DNA from: Eledone cirrhosa
Lineage: Eukaryota
Assembly (NCBI GenBank): GCA_964016885.1
Contig: OZ024751.1
Coordinates: 1,860,001-1,924,000, forward strand
Direction: 5' to 3'
Length of the DNA stretch: 64,000 nucleotides
The notes beneath the pieces were generated by a model. The model searched no databases. It was not told the origin of the DNA and saw only the letters and a program-made list of their open reading frames with translations. This document shows positions 61,791 to 64,000 of this stretch, piece by piece (the stretch's first letter is position 1; each line of letters starts with the position of its first letter). A program made the position numbers and the translations under genes.

Positions 61791-64000
61791 GTGTTGTTGG
61801 TATTACTGTTGTTGGTGTTGGTGGTGTTACTGTTGTTGGTGTTGTTAGTGTTACTGTTGTTGGTGTTGTTGGTGTTACTGTTGTTGGTGTTGTTGGTGTT
61901 ACTGTTGTTGGTGTTCTTAGTGTTAGTGTTGTTGGTGTTGTTTGTGTTACTGTTGTTGGTGTTACTGTTGTTGGTGTTATTGGTGTTACTGATGTTGGTG
62001 TTGTTTGTGTTACTGTTGTTGGTGTTGTTGGTGTTACTGTTGTGGTGTTGTTAGTGTTACTGTTGTTGGTGTTGTTAGTGTTACTGTTGTTGGTTTTGTT
62101 GGTGTTACTGTTGTTGGTGTTGTCAGTGTTACTGTTGTTGGTGTTGTTAGAGTTACTGTTGTTGGTGTTGTTATTGTTACTGTTGTTGGTGTTGCTGGTG
62201 TTACTGTTGTTGGTGTTGTTGGTGTTACTGTTGTTGGTGTTGTTGGTATTACTGTTGTTGGTGTTGTTGGTGTTACTGTTGTTGGTGTTATTAGTGTTAC
62301 TGTTGTTGGTGTTGTTAGTGTTACTGTTGTTGGTGTTGTGGGTGTTAATGTTGATGGTGTTGTTGGTGTTACTGTTGTTGGTGTTGTTGGTGTTTCTGTT
62401 GTTGGTGTTGTTAGTGTTACTGTTGTTGGTGTTGATAGTGTTACTGTTGTCGGTGTTGTTGGTGTTACTGTTGTTGGTGTTGTTGGTGTTACTTTTGTTG
62501 GTGTTGTTAGTGTTACTGTTGTTGGTGTTGTTAGAGTCACTGTTGTTGGTGTTGTTGGTGTTACTGTTGTTGGTGTTGTTGGTGTTACTGTTGTTGGTGT
62601 TGCTGGTGTTACTGTTGTTGGTGTTGTTGGTGTTACTGTTGTTGGTGTTGTTGGTGTTACTGTTGTTGGTGTTGTTGGTGTTACTGTTGTTGGTGTTATT
62701 AGTGTTAATGTTGTTGGTGTTGTTTGTGTTACTGTTGTTGGTGTTGTTGGTGTTACTGTTGTTGGTGTTATTGGTGTTACTGTTGTTGGTGTTGTTGGTG
62801 TTACTGTTGTTGGTGTTGTTAGTGTTACTGTTGTTGGTGTTGTTAGTGTTACTGTTGTTGGCGTTGTTGGTGTTACTGTTGTTGGTGTTGTTGGTGTTAC
62901 TGATGTTGGTGTTATTGGTGTTACTGATGTCGGTGTTGTTGGTGTTACTGTTGTTGGTGTTGTTGGTGTTACTGTTGTTGGTGTTGTTAGTATTAATGTT
63001 GTTGGTGTCGTTGGTGTTACTGTTGTTGGTGTTGTTGGTGTTACTGTTGTTGGTGTTGTTGGAGTTACTGTTGTTGTTGTTGTTGGTGTTACTGTTGTTG
63101 GTGTTATTGGTGTTACTGTTGTTGGTGTGGTTGGTGTTGTTTGTGTTACTGTTGTTGGTGTTGTTGGTGTTACTGTTATTGGTGTTGTTGGTGTTACTGT
63201 TGTGGTGTTGTTAGTGTTACTGTTGTTGGTGTTGTTATTGTTACTGTTGTTGGTTTTGTTGGTGTTACTGTTGTTGGTGTTATTGGTGTTACTGTTGTTG
63301 GTGTTGTTGGTGTTACTGTTGTTGGTGTTGTTGGTGTTACTGTTGTTGGTGTTGTTAGTATTAATGTTGTTGGTGTCGTTGGTGTTACTGTTGTTGGTGT
63401 TGGTGGTGTTACTGTTGTTGGTGTTGTTGGTGTTACTGTTGTTGGTGTTGTTCGTGTTACTGTTGTTGGTGTTGGTGTTACTGTTGTTGGTGTTGTTAGT
63501 GTTGCTGTTGTTGGTGATGGTGTTGGTGTTACTGTTGTTGGTGTTGTTGGTGTTACTGTTGTTGGTGTTGTTGGTGTTACTGTTGTGGTGTTGTTAGTGT
63601 TACTGTTGTTGGTGTTGTTAGTGTTACTGTTGTTGGTTTTGTTGGTGTTACTGTTGTTGGTGTTGTCAGTGTTACTGTTGTTGGTGTTGTTAGTGTTACT
63701 GTTGTTGGTGTTGTTATTGTTACTGTTGTTGGTGTTGCTGGTGTTACTGTTGTTGGTGTTGTTGGTGTTACTGTTGTTGGTGTTGTTGGTGTTACTGTTG
63801 TTGGTGTTGTTGGTGTTACTGTTGTTGGTGTTATTAGTGTTACTGTTGTTGGTGTTGTTAGTGTTACTGTTGTTGGTGTTGTTGGTGTTACTGTTGTTGG
63901 TGTTGTTGGTGTTTCTGTTGTTGGTGTTGTTAGTGTTACTGTTGTTGGTGTTGTTAGTGTTACTGTTGTCGGTGTTGTTGGTGTTACTGTTGTTGGTGTT

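Larger units (their letters stand above)
1..64000. repeat. Giant tandem array (macro/minisatellite) of 24-bp unit GTTACTGTTGTTGGTGTTGTTGGT, ~2,700 monomers, single orientation, extending beyond both window ends
   Basis: GTTACTGTTGTTGGT recurs at ~24-bp spacing on every line. All ORF translations are 8-aa periodic (VTVVGVVG / LLLLVLLV / CYCCWCCW / TPTTPTTV). No non-repeat segment seen. Confidence 0.99.
1..64000 (-). pseudogene. Possible degenerate mucin-like Thr/Pro-rich (TPTTPTTV)n repeat exon, heavily frameshifted; equally compatible with a never-coding satellite
   Basis: The - strand frame gives PTS-type repeats (e.g. 16787-18967, 726 aa; 57703-59649, 648 aa), but each segment ends at a 1-bp deletion in ...TPQQ* or ...TPKQ*. 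No signal peptide, vWD/CysD/SEA domain or other unique sequence is in the window. Confidence 0.2.

Noticed and set aside
1-63597. Dozens of long + strand ORFs (poly-Leu/Val, Val/Gly, Cys/Trp; up to 1,263 aa)
   Set aside because: They are automatic translations of a repeat that lacks stops because A is rare. They overlap in multiple frames, mostly use TTG/GTG starts, switch composition at each 1-bp deletion and have no domain content.
1-64000. CRISPR array (24-bp repeat length is in range)
   Set aside because: The units are directly adjacent with no unique spacers, no leader and no cas genes.
1-64000. Single intact giant mucin CDS with frameshifts due to sequencing error
   Set aside because: The deletions recur at homologous positions with linked SNPs in every higher-order copy and are not in long homopolymers, which fits inherited alleles. 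It would be reinstated only if accurate reads lack them.
1-64000. Alternative genetic code (TAA/TAG = Gln) opening the - strand Q/H frame to give read-through
   Set aside because: Nothing indicates such an organism. TGA codons from GTC-AGT/GTC-ACT variants still interrupt that frame, and the product would cycle through three unrelated compositions.
1-64000. Diversity-generating, antigenic-variation cassette or information-storage system encoded by monomer variants
   Set aside because: The variant order is explained by nested tandem duplication. No recombinase, reverse transcriptase, expression site or unique flanks are in the window.
1-64000. Promoters, terminators, tRNA/rRNA, transposon ends, inverted repeats
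   Set aside because: None seen. The composition essentially precludes hairpins, and isolated motifs such as TATTAAT in the AGT-ATT-AAT variant are just amplified point variants.

Overview
The whole 64-kb window is one uninterrupted, head-to-tail tandem array of a 24-bp unit, consensus GTT ACT GTT GTT GGT GTT GTT GGT. There are about 2,700 copies by length/24, and the array runs off both ends. The + strand is about 92% G+T (consensus 13 T, 9 G, 1 A, 1 C). I saw no unique sequence, inversion, transposon, RNA gene, CRISPR spacer or credible ordinary gene. The ORF track is a by-product of the unit: five of its six frames are stop-free (VTVVGVVG, LLLLVLLV, CYCCWCCW on +; TPTTPTTV, NTNNTNNS on -), and only the - strand QHQQHQQQ* frame is closed. 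The - strand TPTTPTTV frame looks like a mucin PTS domain, but about 75-80 single-base deletions (counted by eye) break it on average every ~0.8 kb. These deletions fall into a few types and are faithfully copied in higher-order duplications, so this is not an intact giant CDS. The real structure is a nested hierarchy: 3 bp > 9+15 bp > 24 bp > 0.4-0.9-kb modules > 1.9, 2.8, 2.9, 5.4 and ~11-12-kb higher-order repeats, with diagnostic variants that turn over along the array. The best reading is a macro-/minisatellite (probably eukaryotic, by inference), possibly derived from or embedded in a mucin-like repeat exon. I cannot support a novel protein-coding system from this window alone. All coordinates and counts were read manually; block boundaries are approximate.
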